Translations under genes and position numbers: made by a program
The notes under the pieces: model-generated
Database searches by the model: none
What the model saw: only the letters and a program-made list of their open reading frames with translations
Told to the model about the DNA's origin: nothing
In this document: in pieces, positions 49,442-62,114 of the stretch
Position numbering within the stretch: position 1 is the stretch's first letter
Layout of the letters: the number at the start of each line of letters is the position of its first letter
DNA from: Octopus sinensis
Lineage: Eukaryota
Assembly: GCF_006345805.1 (NCBI RefSeq)
Contig: NW_021836155.1
Location: 4,175 to 68,174 of the forward strand
Reading direction: 5' to 3'
DNA: 64,000 nt

Positions 49442-49976
49442 TTTTATTTCAATAAATAAAATATAAATGAGCCCTTTTAAAGCCTAGCTAGGCTCATGGG
49501 CCCGGTTTCCCGGTTTCAATGGCGTATGTGTTCCCCAGCTGGACGGGATGCCAGTCCATCGCAGCATTACTCATTTTTGCCAGCTGAGTAGACTGGAGCA
49601 ACATGGAATGAAGTATTTTGCTCAAAAACACAACGCGTCGCCCGGTCCAGGAATCAAAACCACAATCTTACGATCATGATGTTGACACCCTAACCACTAA
49701 GCCACGTGCCTCCACTTGTGCTCTTTTAAAGCCTAGCTAGGCTCATGGGCCTGGTTTCCCGGTTTCAGTGGCGTATGTGTTCCCCAGCTGGACAGGACAC
49801 CAGTCCATCGCAGCATTACTCATTTTTGCCTGCTGAGTGGACTGGAGCAACATGAAATGAAGTGTTTTACTCAAGAACACAACGCGTCACCCAGTCCAGG
49901 AATTGAAACCACAATCTTACGATTTTAATGCTGTCACCCTAACCACTAAGCCACGTGTGTCCACCTTTTATTTCAA
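49442..49976 (-). mobile_element. tRNA-head SINE (family E) tandem dimer with 11-bp TSD
   Basis: Two full ~245-bp monomers (49471-49715, 49723-49964); head GTGGAGGCACGTGGCTTAGTGGTTAGGG; central TTGAGCAA...GCTCCAGTC.ACTCAGCTGG and GCGATGGACTGG resembling V/Meta-type domains; TTTTATTTCAA at 49442-49452 and 49966-49976. Confidence 0.85.
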
Positions 49977-50085
49977 AGTAGTGTGTATTTAAAGGTTACA
50001 AATATACAAAATGGACAATAAATTTTGAAATATTGAAAGCATTGAATTTGTTAGTATGATACCAGTCTCTTTTATTTATCAGCCC

Positions 50086-50120
50086 AAATATTTCGGGAAT
50101 AAAATCCCTTCGTCAGAAGA
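50086..50120 (-). ncRNA. Degenerate minimal hammerhead-like motif
   Basis: Minus strand CTGACGA-A-GGGA(TTTTAT)TCCC-GAAAT-ATT; AAATATTT palindrome; stem I does not pair. Confidence 0.4.
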
Positions 50121-50280
50121 TTACAATCACAAGCTGTTCAAAGCTCTGCTTCATTTATAGTTGCTAGAAATAGTATGGGGATGGACATTACATGTGGACG
50201 GTCGTATGTACAATGTTGTTAGAGTATACATGCTTCTGTCAAATATTGTACACTTATTTATATATATATATAATAATAAT

Positions 50281-50658
50281 AATATTAGGGAGCACAGCTC
50301 CAAACTTACAGGGAAAAATTAGATTTAGAATGAAATCAAATTTCACAGTATAAATATATAAAATATGAATTAGAGATAAAACCACTATTATGCAACTGAA
50401 ACAGTGATAGACATAAACCAATACATAAATAACAAATAATATATATATAATTAATATAATATATTATATATATATATAATTTTTTTTTCCAAATAGTATA
50501 AAAGGAATAATAAATATAATATAATAATTTTTAAAAAATTTATATATATATACTCTTTTACTCATATTATATTATCATATTTATATTATTTGTTATTTAT
50601 GTATTGGTTTATGTCTATCACTGTTTCAGTTGCATAATAGTGGTTTCATCTCTAATTC

Positions 50659-50670
<12 letters not shown>
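50281..50670. mobile_element. Second fold-back element of the 22610 family
   Basis: Same leader and arm sequence; arms 50355-50444 and 50581-50670, ~136-bp AT-only spacer; a third arm remnant lies at 51885-51955. Confidence 0.75.
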
Positions 50671-50752
<82 letters not shown>

Positions 50753-51086
50753 TGTGTATACACAAACAATTATTCATAAAGAAGGGCAAAACGAAAAAAT
50801 TTCCTTTGTCAATATGCTTAAAAGGTATTTTACATATGCTGGCCATTGATAAAATTTTATCCTTATAACAGAAGTATGCATATATATATATATACATATA
50901 TACACATACATACATACATATATATATATACATATAGATATGCATATATATGTACATATAGATATACATACATATATATATATATATATATATGTACTTT
51001 TATAAATTAATATATACACATATACATGTATATAAACACACACACACATAATACATATATATATATACACACACATATATACATAC

Positions 51087-51137
<51 letters not shown>

Positions 51138-51948
51138 TACATACATATATATACACAAACGCATACATACATATATATATATACATTTGTATATACATAC
51201 ATATACACATACATACCTATACATATATATATATATGCACATAAATATACATCCCCACACACACACGTACATGCAGAAAGGTAGACACTTATATGTACTA
51301 AAGGCTTCCATACAGTTTCTGCCCAGAAATTTCTTTCACATGTCATCAGTCAGTTTTGCAGCGTGAGTGAAAGACACTTCACATGGTACAACACAACAGG
51401 ATGGAACATGGAGCTCCACCGTATCAGCTACTAAGCAAACTTTCTCAGCAAAGCACCATACATTACGAATACTTACAACATTTATATGGATAAAGTGTAT
51501 GTGATGTGTATAGACACATGTAATATACATACGTACGTACATGTATACCATATATGATATATATATATATATATAGATAGATATAGATATATATATAGAT
51601 ATATATATATGTATGTGTGTGTGTATATATATATATTTACTGTGTTTTTACTCTTTATCTTATATTAAACTTTTAATACTTTTTGATAGTTATATGATTT
51701 AAAACAATAAAAAATATTAAAAAAATAATAATATAAAAAATATATATAATATATATTTAAAATTTATAAGTTTTTAAATTATTATTTAATAATTTTTAAA
51801 ATTTTAACTTTAATTTAAATATTTTAATTTGAATTTATATTTTTATATTTTATATTTTTTATATATTTTTAAATTAATTTTATTACTATGTATTGGCTTA
51901 TGATTTTCACTGTTTGATTTACCTAATAGTGGTTCTATCTCTAATTTA

Positions 51949-51989
<41 letters not shown>

Positions 51990-52169
51990 ATACATATATT
52001 TGTACGTTTCTATATTGTTTTTTTTGCAAGATTTTTGATGTGAAATCGTGTGTTAAACAGATATTGTTGTATTTCGGAATAGTCATTTAGTCAGTTTAGC
52101 CAATAAAAACATGCAATATATATTTGGTGTTACTTTGCTTCAGTGTTATTTATTTTATATTAATCTTAA

Positions 52170-52260
52170 TCTTATTCGACCAGATTTAAAGTTTAACAAT
52201 AAAATATATGCCCAGGACGAGGGGGCAGCCATGGGCGTTAGTATTGCCGGTGATGTGGCC
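52170..52260 (+). mobile_element. Penelope-like reverse transcriptase micro-fragment
   Basis: FNNKIYAQDEGAAMGVSIAGDVA matches the PLE RT motif F-x-x-x-x-Y-x-Q-x-x-G-x-x-M-G-x-S. Confidence 0.6.
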
Positions 52261-52286
52261 TATATATATATATATATATATATATA

Positions 52287-52686
52287 CTTATTCTTTTATT
52301 CCTTTCAGTCATTTGATTGTGACCATGCTTGAGCACAGCCTTTAATCGAACAAATCAACCCCAGGACTTATTCTTTGTAAGCCTGGTACTTATTCCCTCA
52401 ATCTCTTTTGCCGAACCACTAGGTTGCAGAGACATAAATATACCAACATCAGTTGAGAAGCGATGGTGGGGCACAAACACAGACAGACATGCACACATGT
52501 ATATATATATATATATATATGATGGGCTTCTTTCAGTTTCCATCAACCAAATCCACTCACAAGGCTTTGGTTGTTCCGAGGCTATAGTAGAAGACACTTG
52601 CCCAAGGTGTCATGCAGCGGCACTGAACATGGAACCACGTGGTTGAGAAATATGCAAACTAATTACCACACAGCTACTCCTGTATA
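52287..52686 (-). mobile_element. SINE family A, diverged full length
   Basis: Tail, microsatellite and head present. Confidence 0.85.
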
Positions 52687-52888
52687 TATACATATGTGTA
52701 TATATATATATGCATACTTGCATACACACATATACATGCATATGCATGCTTAAATACAAACACACATATACCTGCTTTCCGTATATAATATATGCATAAT
52801 GCCTACTGATACAAGGAAAACTAATTTTGTAAAACACACATATATTTATATATATATATATATATATACATACATATCTATATATATG

Positions 52889-52951
<63 letters not shown>

Positions 52952-53034
52952 ATATACATATATAATGCAACCCATGCTGATGATGCAAATATATATATAT
53001 TAAGCACACACACATATGTAAACATTATATATAT

Positions 53035-53082
<48 letters not shown>

Positions 53083-53638
53083 ACATATATACATATATAA
53101 ATATGTGTATATTTATACACGCACATTTTTACATACATATACACATGTGCACGAGCGCGCACACACACACACGTATACACCCACCCACATATACTCACAT
53201 ATAGAAACATGTATGTATATGCGTGTGCACGAGTATATGTACGTGCATGTGTGAGTGCATGAGTGTGTGTGTGTGTGTGTGCGTCTGATTGCATGTGTGT
53301 GTGTGAGTGTGCGAGCAATCTAAAAAGGGTGATAATTACAACACAGACACACCCTCAGAAACAAATTTGGTCAGGAAGTGAAAGTACTGAACTTGTTTGT
53401 TATATTCCTAAAATACGTTTCCTTTCAATTGGAAAATACTTTTTGATCCTTAATTGGGAAGATAATTTTCTTATTTTCATTTCCACCTATAAACTTTGTA
53501 TTTATAACATACATGCGTTAGAACACATATATACATATTTTTACACACACACACACATATATATATATGTTTATACACAAACACAAACATGTATATACAT
53601 GCATGAATATATATATATATACATACATATATATACAT

Positions 53639-53684
<46 letters not shown>

Positions 53685-53807
53685 ACATATACATATATAT
53701 ACATATTTATACATATACATATGTTTAAATATGAATTTGAATTTTCTGCTGCTTTAAATAAAGTATGTTTAAATATATGTATAGGTATGTAAACATATTT
53801 ACATATA

Positions 53808-53840
<33 letters not shown>

Positions 53841-55130
53841 ATAAATACATATATAGATACATATACATACACACATATATCCATGCATGTACATATATAT
53901 ACATATATGAACATATACGCATATATACATATTTGTACATATACATATATTTACGTATATGTATGTAAACATATTTACACACACACACACACACAATATA
54001 TATATTTATATCTATGTAAGAAAGTGAGGGAACTTTATATATGTAAGTCTGTCTGTCTGTCTATGCCCACACATACACACACACATTAGCTTGTTTAGTA
54101 GGACGAACATTACTGAAAGTCAAATGGAAAGAATTCAAAGCTATAATAGCGAGGTAAATACAATTAACACACACACACACACACGCATGCAATCAGATGC
54201 ATCTCCACACATATCCCCATGAACATGTACACCATCACACACGCCCACCCCACCTTCACTCGCACACAAACAAACACATGTGTTTCTTTTAAATTTCAAC
54301 CCAACTTAAAAGAAAAATATATCATTAAAATATTATTCCTAATTGTTTGAGACTCCACATATCAACACGGTGCAAACATATGCGGGAGTGAGTAAGAGTG
54401 TTTGTATGTGAGCATTAAAGGTATTGCTTGGAATATCAAAAGCGATATTTATAAGGGTAACTACATTTAACTGCATGCAATAATGACTGCAAAACTAGAT
54501 TTGGAAACGCAGTTGTTCTTGTTGTTGTCGTCATTGTAATTATGCTACCACAGCTCAACCCTGCATGAACAGCCTTAAGAAGAGTTCCAGCCAAGGTTGT
54601 GCTGTTTCTTTAACTTTTTGGCTCATGAATGGTGATGGAAAAACTTTGACAAAAAACACATTTTACTTATTAAATGAATGATTAATCAAACAAACAATTA
54701 GTTAATTGGTTAAATAGTTAACCAACTCATGATATATAAAAATATATATAAAATAAGCAACAAGGATATTCAGAGGTATGCTTATTTTGATTACAATCAC
54801 CTTATTTTAAATTATATGTATAATACCATACTAAATTCTTGTACCTTCAACTTAAGTACCATATTCATCTGAATCTAAATTTTTACTGAACCTATTATAG
54901 ATATATATATATATATATATATATATACATGTCACAGTACTTTCCCAGTCTAAGATTTGAGGGAGACATCATTGCTATTTCTTATCTTCTATTAGCTATT
55001 ACTTGCTTCAGTCGTTGGACTGCAGCCATGTTTGGGCACTGCTTTGTAGGGTTTTAGTCAAAGAAATTGGTCCAAATACTAAGTTACTTGTTCTTAAGAC
55101 TGACCCTTATTTTGTCAGCCTCTTTTGCTG

Positions 55131-55305
55131 AAGGGATGTAAACAAACCGTTGGCAACTGATCCCAGTTTATATAGGGATCCAGTCATCAGGAGTAGTTTT
55201 GCTATTCTTGTTGACATCTCTTCTTAAATAACCTACAGAAATGGTTCCTTTTTTCCTTTTAATGACTGGTGGAATTACCATTCACACGGGCTCCTGTCAC
55301 TACTG

Positions 55306-55338
<33 letters not shown>

Positions 55339-55740
55339 TGTTATTAAAGGGATGTAAACAAACCAAAACTGGTTGTCAAGTGCTGGTGGGTCTATGTCGA
55401 CCTTGGTAGAATTTGAACTCAGAATGTAAAGACGGATGATATGCCGTGAAGCATTTTGCCCGGAGTACTGACGATTCTGCCAGCTCACTGCCTTCGTAAT
55501 AATAATAACAATGATAATAATCCTCTCTACTATAGGCACAAGGCCAGCAATTTTAAAGGAGACTGTAGGTCGATTATATCAACCCCAGTGCATAACTGGT
55601 ACTTATTTAATCGACCCTGAATGGATGAAAGGCAAAGTCGACCTTGGCGGAATTTGAACTCAGAACGGAGCAGTAGATGAAATACTGCACAGCATTTCGC
55701 CCGGCGTGCTAACAATTCTGCCAGCTCACCACCTTAATAA

Positions 55741-55799
<59 letters not shown>

Positions 55800-55951
55800 A
55801 CAGGAATCCATGTGAATGGTAATTCCACCAGTCATTAAAAGGAAAAAAAGGAACCATTTCTGTAGGTTATTTAAGAAGAGATGTCAACATGAATAGCAAA
55901 ACTGCTCCTGATGACTGGATCTCTATACAAACTGGGATCAGTTGCCAACGG
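55131..55951. repeat. Inverted duplication (~185 bp) with an 18-bp direct repeat around the left arm
   Basis: 55147-55337 is the reverse complement of 55767-55951 with few substitutions; AAGGGATGTAAACAAACC at 55131-55148 and 55347-55364. Confidence 0.85.
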
Positions 55952-56577
55952 AAACAGGGTGCAAGTTCAAAGAAAGCAACAAATCTGAAGAACAGAAAGT
56001 CATAAATGCTGAAACAAACATTTATATTCAAGCAGAAACGATTGGGTTATGAATACATCAGCATTTACAAGTCATTGGCTGATTCCTGACAGCTTCCTCC
56101 TGCACTTCGATATGCACGTATACATGCACACATACGCATGTACGCTCATGCACAAACACGCTAGGAAAAACGCTGGAGTTTGAAGGGATTTTGATGCTAG
56201 GACTTACAGCCACCACCACCATCGCCAGCACCATCACCGATACAATCATCGCCGCCCCTCTATCCACGACTCAATCACAGATTAAATTCCCGAGATAATA
56301 CTATATCAAACCTTTACATCAAGCCAGCTACCTCAGCGTTTGTAATTTGTGGATTACTTCACCTGAACCCAGTGCACTGCTCACTTATTCTGTGCATCTA
56401 ATTTGTTTAGTACCTTTGAATTTTCTTTCCATCCTTTACTTGTTTCAGTCACTGGGCTGTTGCCATGCTGGAGCACTGCCTTGGAGGATTTCAATCAAAC
56501 AAATCAACCTCAATACTACTTAGGGTTTTTCTTGCCTGTATTTTTTTTTCTTTTTGTCAAATCTGGTCTTTATTTTA

Positions 56578-57259
56578 TAGGCATTGGAGTGGCTGTGTGG
56601 CAAGTAGTTTGCTTACCAACCACATGGTTCCGGGTTCAGTCCCACTGCATGGCACCTTGGACAAGTGTCTTCTACTATAGCCTCGGGCCGAACAAAGCCT
56701 TGTGAGTGGATTTGGTAGACAGAAACTGAAAGAAGCACGTCGTATATATGTATATCATCATCATCATCATCATCATTTAACGTCTGCTTTCCATGCTAGC
56801 ATGGGTTGGACGGTTCAACTGGGGTCTGGGGAGCCCGAAGGCTGCACCAGGCCAGTCAGATCTGGCAGTGTTTCTACAGCTGGATGCCTTTCCTAACGCC
56901 AACCACTCCGAGAGTGTAGTGGGTGATTTTATGTGCCACCGACACAGGTGCCAGACGAGGCTGGCGAACGGCCACGCTCGGATGGTGTTTTTTTTTATGT
57001 GCCACCGACACAGGTGCCAGACGAGGCTGGCAGATGGCCACGCTTGGATGGTGTTTTTATGTGCCACCAACACAGGTGCCAGATGAGGCTGGCAAACGGC
57101 CACAATCGGATGGTGTTTGTTACGTGCCCACAGCACGGAGGCCAGTCGATGCGGTACTGGCTACGGCCACGTTCGGATGGTTTTCTTGTGTGCCACCGGC
57201 ACTGGTACCACAAAGATACAAATTCCATTGATGTTCATCTATTTTGATTTGTTTTGATT

Positions 57260-57296
<37 letters not shown>

Positions 57297-57708
57297 TAAT
57301 CCAAACATGAAAACACAAAGAGAAAACACAACAACACGAGGACGTGGAACAAATATAGTATTATTGGACACTCAGGAAGGAAGGGAAGAAGGAGGGTTTT
57401 ACGTATTGAGCGGAGCTCTTCGTCAGAAGATCTAGAGAAGGGAAGACGGAGGGAAAAAAATCACCAACCATATATATATATATGTATGTGAGTGTATATG
57501 TTTGTGTGTCTGTGTTTGTCCCCCTCCCAACATCGCTTGACAACTGATGCTGGTGTGTTTACATCCCCACAACAGTTCAACAAAAGAGACCAATAGAATA
57601 AGTACTGGGCTTACAAAGAATAAGTCCTGGGGTCAATTTGCTCGATTAATGGCGGTGCTCCAGCATGGCTGCAGTCAATTGACTGAAACAAGTAAAAGTG
57701 TAAAAGAG
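56578..57708 (+). mobile_element. SINE A with nested family C (-, 56753-57265) and hammerhead-type element (-, 57291-57472)
   Basis: A head to 56750, two inserts in the internal (TA)n, A tail from 57475; hammerhead-like core CTGACGA-A-GAGC(TCC)GCTC-AATAC-GTA-AAAC at 57396-57430. Confidence 0.8.
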
Positions 57709-58265
57709 TCAGTTATGCCAAAACCATTAACTTACAGGGACATAAACAAACCAGCACTGGCTGTCAATCTGCAGGCATGGGAAGAAGTGAAGTGGCAAAC
57801 AGAGAGACAAAGACATACATGCAAACACACACACACATACCATGGGCTTCCACACAGTTTCTGTCAATCATATTTCTACACAAGGTATTAGTTTGCACCG
57901 AAGGCTTAGTAAAAGACACTTCCCTGAGATACCACACAGGGGAATTGAACCGAAATCCACATGGTTGCAAAGCAAACTTCTTAACCACAGCTCCACACCA
58001 AGAATTTTTTTCTTTTCCTGAATAGGCGTAGGAGTTGCTGTGTGGTAAGTAGCTTGCTAACCAGCCACATGGTTCTGGGTTAAGTCCCACTGCGTGGCAT
58101 CTTGGGCAAGTGTCTTCTGCTATAGCCCGGGGCCGACCAATGCCTTGTGAGTGGATTTGGTAGACGGAAACTGAAAGACGCCTGTCGTATATATATATAT
58201 ACATATGTGGATTTGGTAGATGGAAACTGAAAGAAGCCTGTCGTGTATATATATAATATATAATA

Positions 58266-58966
58266 TGTCCCAAAATAATCTGTAGTTTTGTTATTTTTTA
58301 TTTGCCCTGTTCGTGTGAGCTAACAATCGTACTGACTTTCATAGGAAACATGTATTTTTGTGGTTGAAACCTTTTGGATTTTCTAGTGCTAGAATGAGCC
58401 ACATAGTGACCATTCTCTTATATTTATTTTTGTATAAAATATTGTAATATATTATAAAATATTATAATAATCCAGGTTTCTCGAGGCACTGGGCCACTTG
58501 GTGTTGAATAGATATGCTATTAAATTAGTATCTAATTTTCTCACCCTTATTAATTAATTATAATTATGCTACATTTATTTCTAAATGTAGTATTTGTTTC
58601 CGTGAAAGTTTGGCGCGCTGTTGGTAAGGGCATTTGAATTATAACGTCGGATGTAATCAATTGAACCACACGTGTATTTATCGTTATGGTAAAATCTGGC
58701 GTGTGATTGAGTGGATTTCATCCAGATAGTTTTGGCTGAGGAGCTACAAGTGGGTTTTTTGTAAGTAAAATTACATTTAATTCATTAATAGCGAAACAAT
58801 TGTCCCAAAATAATCTGTATTTTTGTTATTTTTTATTTGCCCTGTTCGTGTGAGCTAACAATCGTACTGACTTTCATAGGAAACATGTATTTTTGTGGTT
58901 GAAACCTTTTGGATTTTCTAGTGCTAGAATGAGCCACATAGTGACCATTCTCTTATATTTATTTTT
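58266..58966. mobile_element. 700-bp insert with 166-bp terminal direct repeats, inside a SINE A
   Basis: 58266-58431 and 58801-58966 differ at one position; SINE A head 58022-58255 and tail 58985-59195 flank it through (TA)n. Confidence 0.65.
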
Positions 58967-59400
58967 ATATATATATATATATATATGTAAGTGTTTGTCC
59001 CCCTAGCATTGCTTGACAACCGATGCTGGTGTGTTTACGTCCCCATCACTTAGCGGTTCGGCAAAAGAGACCGATAGAATAAGTACTGGGCTTACAAAGA
59101 ATAAGTCCCGGGGTCGATTTGCTCGACTAAAGGCGGTGCTCCAGCATGGTCGCAGTCAAATGACTGAAACAAGTAAAAGAGTAAAGAGTGAAGAGTAAAG
59201 AGTAATGCTTTTCCACGAGGACAGCTGTCCCCTTTCCTATAAACTTACACCTGGTGTATTTCAGAATATCTCATTCCCCTCTCTCAACTTTATAAAGCTG
59301 GATTAACTATATCCTTCTACACAAATCTCTGGATTAACTTATCCTTCTACTCTTAAGCGACTGACAACTTAGATTTCAAAGATGATATATTGATCTCGAA

Positions 59401-60008
59401 TTTTGGCACAAGGCCAGTAATTTCAGGGGAAGGGGTAACGCTATTAAATAGAACCCAGCGCTCAGCTGGTACTTATTTTATCGACCCTGAAAGTATAAAA
59501 GGCAAAGTCAGCCCCAGTGGAACTTGAACTCAGAACGTGAAGACAGATGAAATGCAGCTAAGCATTTTGCCCGATGTGCCAATGATTCTGCCAGCTCACC
59601 GCCTTCATTTTAAAAGATTACATATTAACAGTGAAGGCACATGGCCTAGGGGTTAGGGCATTTGGTTCGTAATCATAAGATCTTGAGTTCAATTCCTGGC
59701 AATGCGTTATGTCCCCAAGCAAAACACTTGATACCCCATTGCTCCAGTTCACTCAGCTGGCAAAAATCAGTTGTACCTATTTCTTTACTACCCACAAGGG
59801 GCTAAACACAGAGAGAACAAACAAGGACAGACAAACGGATTAAGTTGATTATATCGACCCCAGTGCGTAACTGGTACTTAATTTATCGACCCCGAAAGGA
59901 TGAAAGGCAAAGTCGACCTCAGCGGAATTTGAACTCAGAACGTAACGACAGACGAAATACCGCTAAGCATTTCACCCGGCGTGCTAACGAGTCTGCCAGC
60001 TCGCTGCC
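59401..60008. mobile_element. SINE cluster: B alternative-tail (-), E remnant (+), B (-)
   Basis: 59401-59605, 59630-59775 and 59778-60008 match the respective families. Confidence 0.8.
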
Positions 60009-60741
60009 ATATATGTATGCGTATACATGAGTATATGTATGTATATACATGTGTATATGTATGTGTATATGTGTTTGTGTGTATATTTGTGTGTGTGTGT
60101 GTGTGTGTGTGTGTAAGTATGTAATGTTAACTTTGGAGGACAGGCAAGAAATGCATACACACCATCACACACACTCTCACATAGAGAGACATGCATGCAC
60201 TTTTATACACGCATACACAGACACAAACACACACAAAGCAGTCCAAGATATCCTGTGCCTGAATAAAAGACAGGATGGTCACAGCTGGAACACATTTCTT
60301 CATAGGTCTGCTGGATCAAGGTTGACCTGGAGCAAAACAACAACAACCAACAATAACAACAACAACCGCAATATATTGCCTACACAATTCCAAACTAATA
60401 ATTAAGCAAATTAACATTCTCTGACTTTCATTATCTCCTGATCTGAAGTAATGGTAAAGGCTGTGGGCAAAAAAGCCTTCCTCTGCTCTCTGAACTTTTA
60501 GAAAGAGACTTAAATATTCACACATGATGTATATAAGTGTGTGCCTGCGCGTGTGTGTGTGTGAGAGAGAGAGATTGTGTGAATATCATTTTATACATAT
60601 CACAAGCTTTTATACAAGCTGTCTCTGAATTAATTATCTATTTCAGTGAAATCGGACAATTTCTTTTTTTTAAATTCACTTTTATTTATGTTTATCATGT
60701 TCAATGTGTTAAAAGTGTAAAAAATTTTAAATTTTATTTAT

Positions 60742-61134
60742 ATAGGCACAGGAGTGGCTGTGTGGTAAGTAGCTTGCTTACCAACCACATGGTTCTGGGT
60801 TCAGTCCCACTGTGTGGCACCTTGGGCAAGTGTCTTCTACTATAGCCTCATACTGACCAAAGCCTTGTGAGAGGATTTGGTAGACGGAAACTGAAAGAAG
60901 CCCGTCATGTATATGTCTATATATATATGTATGTGTGTGTGTATATGTTTGTGTGTCTGTGTTTGTCCCCCCAACATCGCTTGTGTGTTTACGTCCCCGT
61001 AACTTAGCAGCTCGGCAAAAGAAACGAATAGAATAAGTACTAGGCTTACAAAGAATAAGTCCTGGGGTCAATTTGCTCGACCAAAGGCAGTGCTCCAGCA
61101 TGGCCACAGTCAAATGACTGAAACAAGTAAAGAG
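60742..61134 (+). mobile_element. SINE family A, full length
   Basis: Complete match. Confidence 0.9.
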
Positions 61135-61154
61135 CATTCTTATAATTTTTCTTT

Positions 61155-61701
61155 TCATCATCATCATCATCATCATCATCGTTTAACATCCGCTTTCCAT
61201 GCTAGCATGGGTTGGACGGTTCAACCGGGGTCTGGGAAGCCAGGAGGCTGCACCAGGCTCCAGTCTGATCTGGCAATGTTTCTACAGCTGGATGCCCTTC
61301 CTAACGCCAACCACTCCGAGAGTGTAGTGGGTGCTTTTTATGTGCCACCGGCACAGGTGCCTTTTTCTGTCGGATCCTGATTATCTGTCCAAAGCAGCTA
61401 TTTTTTTTCAATTTGGTTGCAATTATTATAGACGGAAACTGAAAGAAGCCTGTCATATTTATGTATATATATATAAGTGCGTGTGTATATGTTTGTGTGT
61501 CTGTGTTTGTCCACCTAGCATTGCTTGACAACCGATGCTGGTGTGTTTACGTCCCCGTCACTTAGCGGTTCGGCAAAAGAGACCGATAGAATAAGTACTG
61601 GGCTTACAAAGAATAAGTCCCGTGGTCGATTTGCTCGACTAAAGGCAGTGCTCCAGCATGGCCACAGTCAAATGACTGAAACAAATAAAAGAGTAAAAGA
61701 G
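61155..61701. mobile_element. Family C tail (-) followed by SINE A 3' two-thirds (+)
   Basis: 61155-61361 and 61429-61701. Confidence 0.8.
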
Positions 61702-62038
61702 AGAGAGAGAGAGAGTAATTTCATTGAAATAGATAGTTAATTCTGGGACACCCTTTAGAACACATATCAAACTTTTGTTCTTTTGTTTTATGTCCCTTTT
61801 TTCATGCTAGTATGGGTCGGAAGGATACATACTGAAGTTTTGTGAAAACCATCTTATGTATATTACAATCTTTTATAGATACGTGTGTGTGTGTGTGTGT
61901 GAGTATTTGAAGAAATCAATTGGGAAAATAAATAGAAATGGTTTTCTTATAATTTTTTCACTTTAATAATTAGATGTTGATAAATCATTTGGTGTTTAGA
62001 AATTGTGTATACATTAATACGGACATATAGATAGACAT

Positions 62039-62071
<33 letters not shown>

Positions 62072-62076
62072 TAGGC

Positions 62077-62112
<36 letters not shown>

Positions 62113-62114
<2 letters not shown>

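Noticed and set aside
51660-51880. Almost pure A/T stretch as a functional element
   Set aside because: It lies where the left arm of a fold-back would be and looks like degraded or low-quality sequence, as does the spacer at 50445-50580.
55908-55960. CTGATGA...GAAAC as a hammerhead
   Set aside because: No closing stem II next to GAAA and no palindromic stem III; GAAAC lies outside the duplicated arm, so it is probably coincidental.
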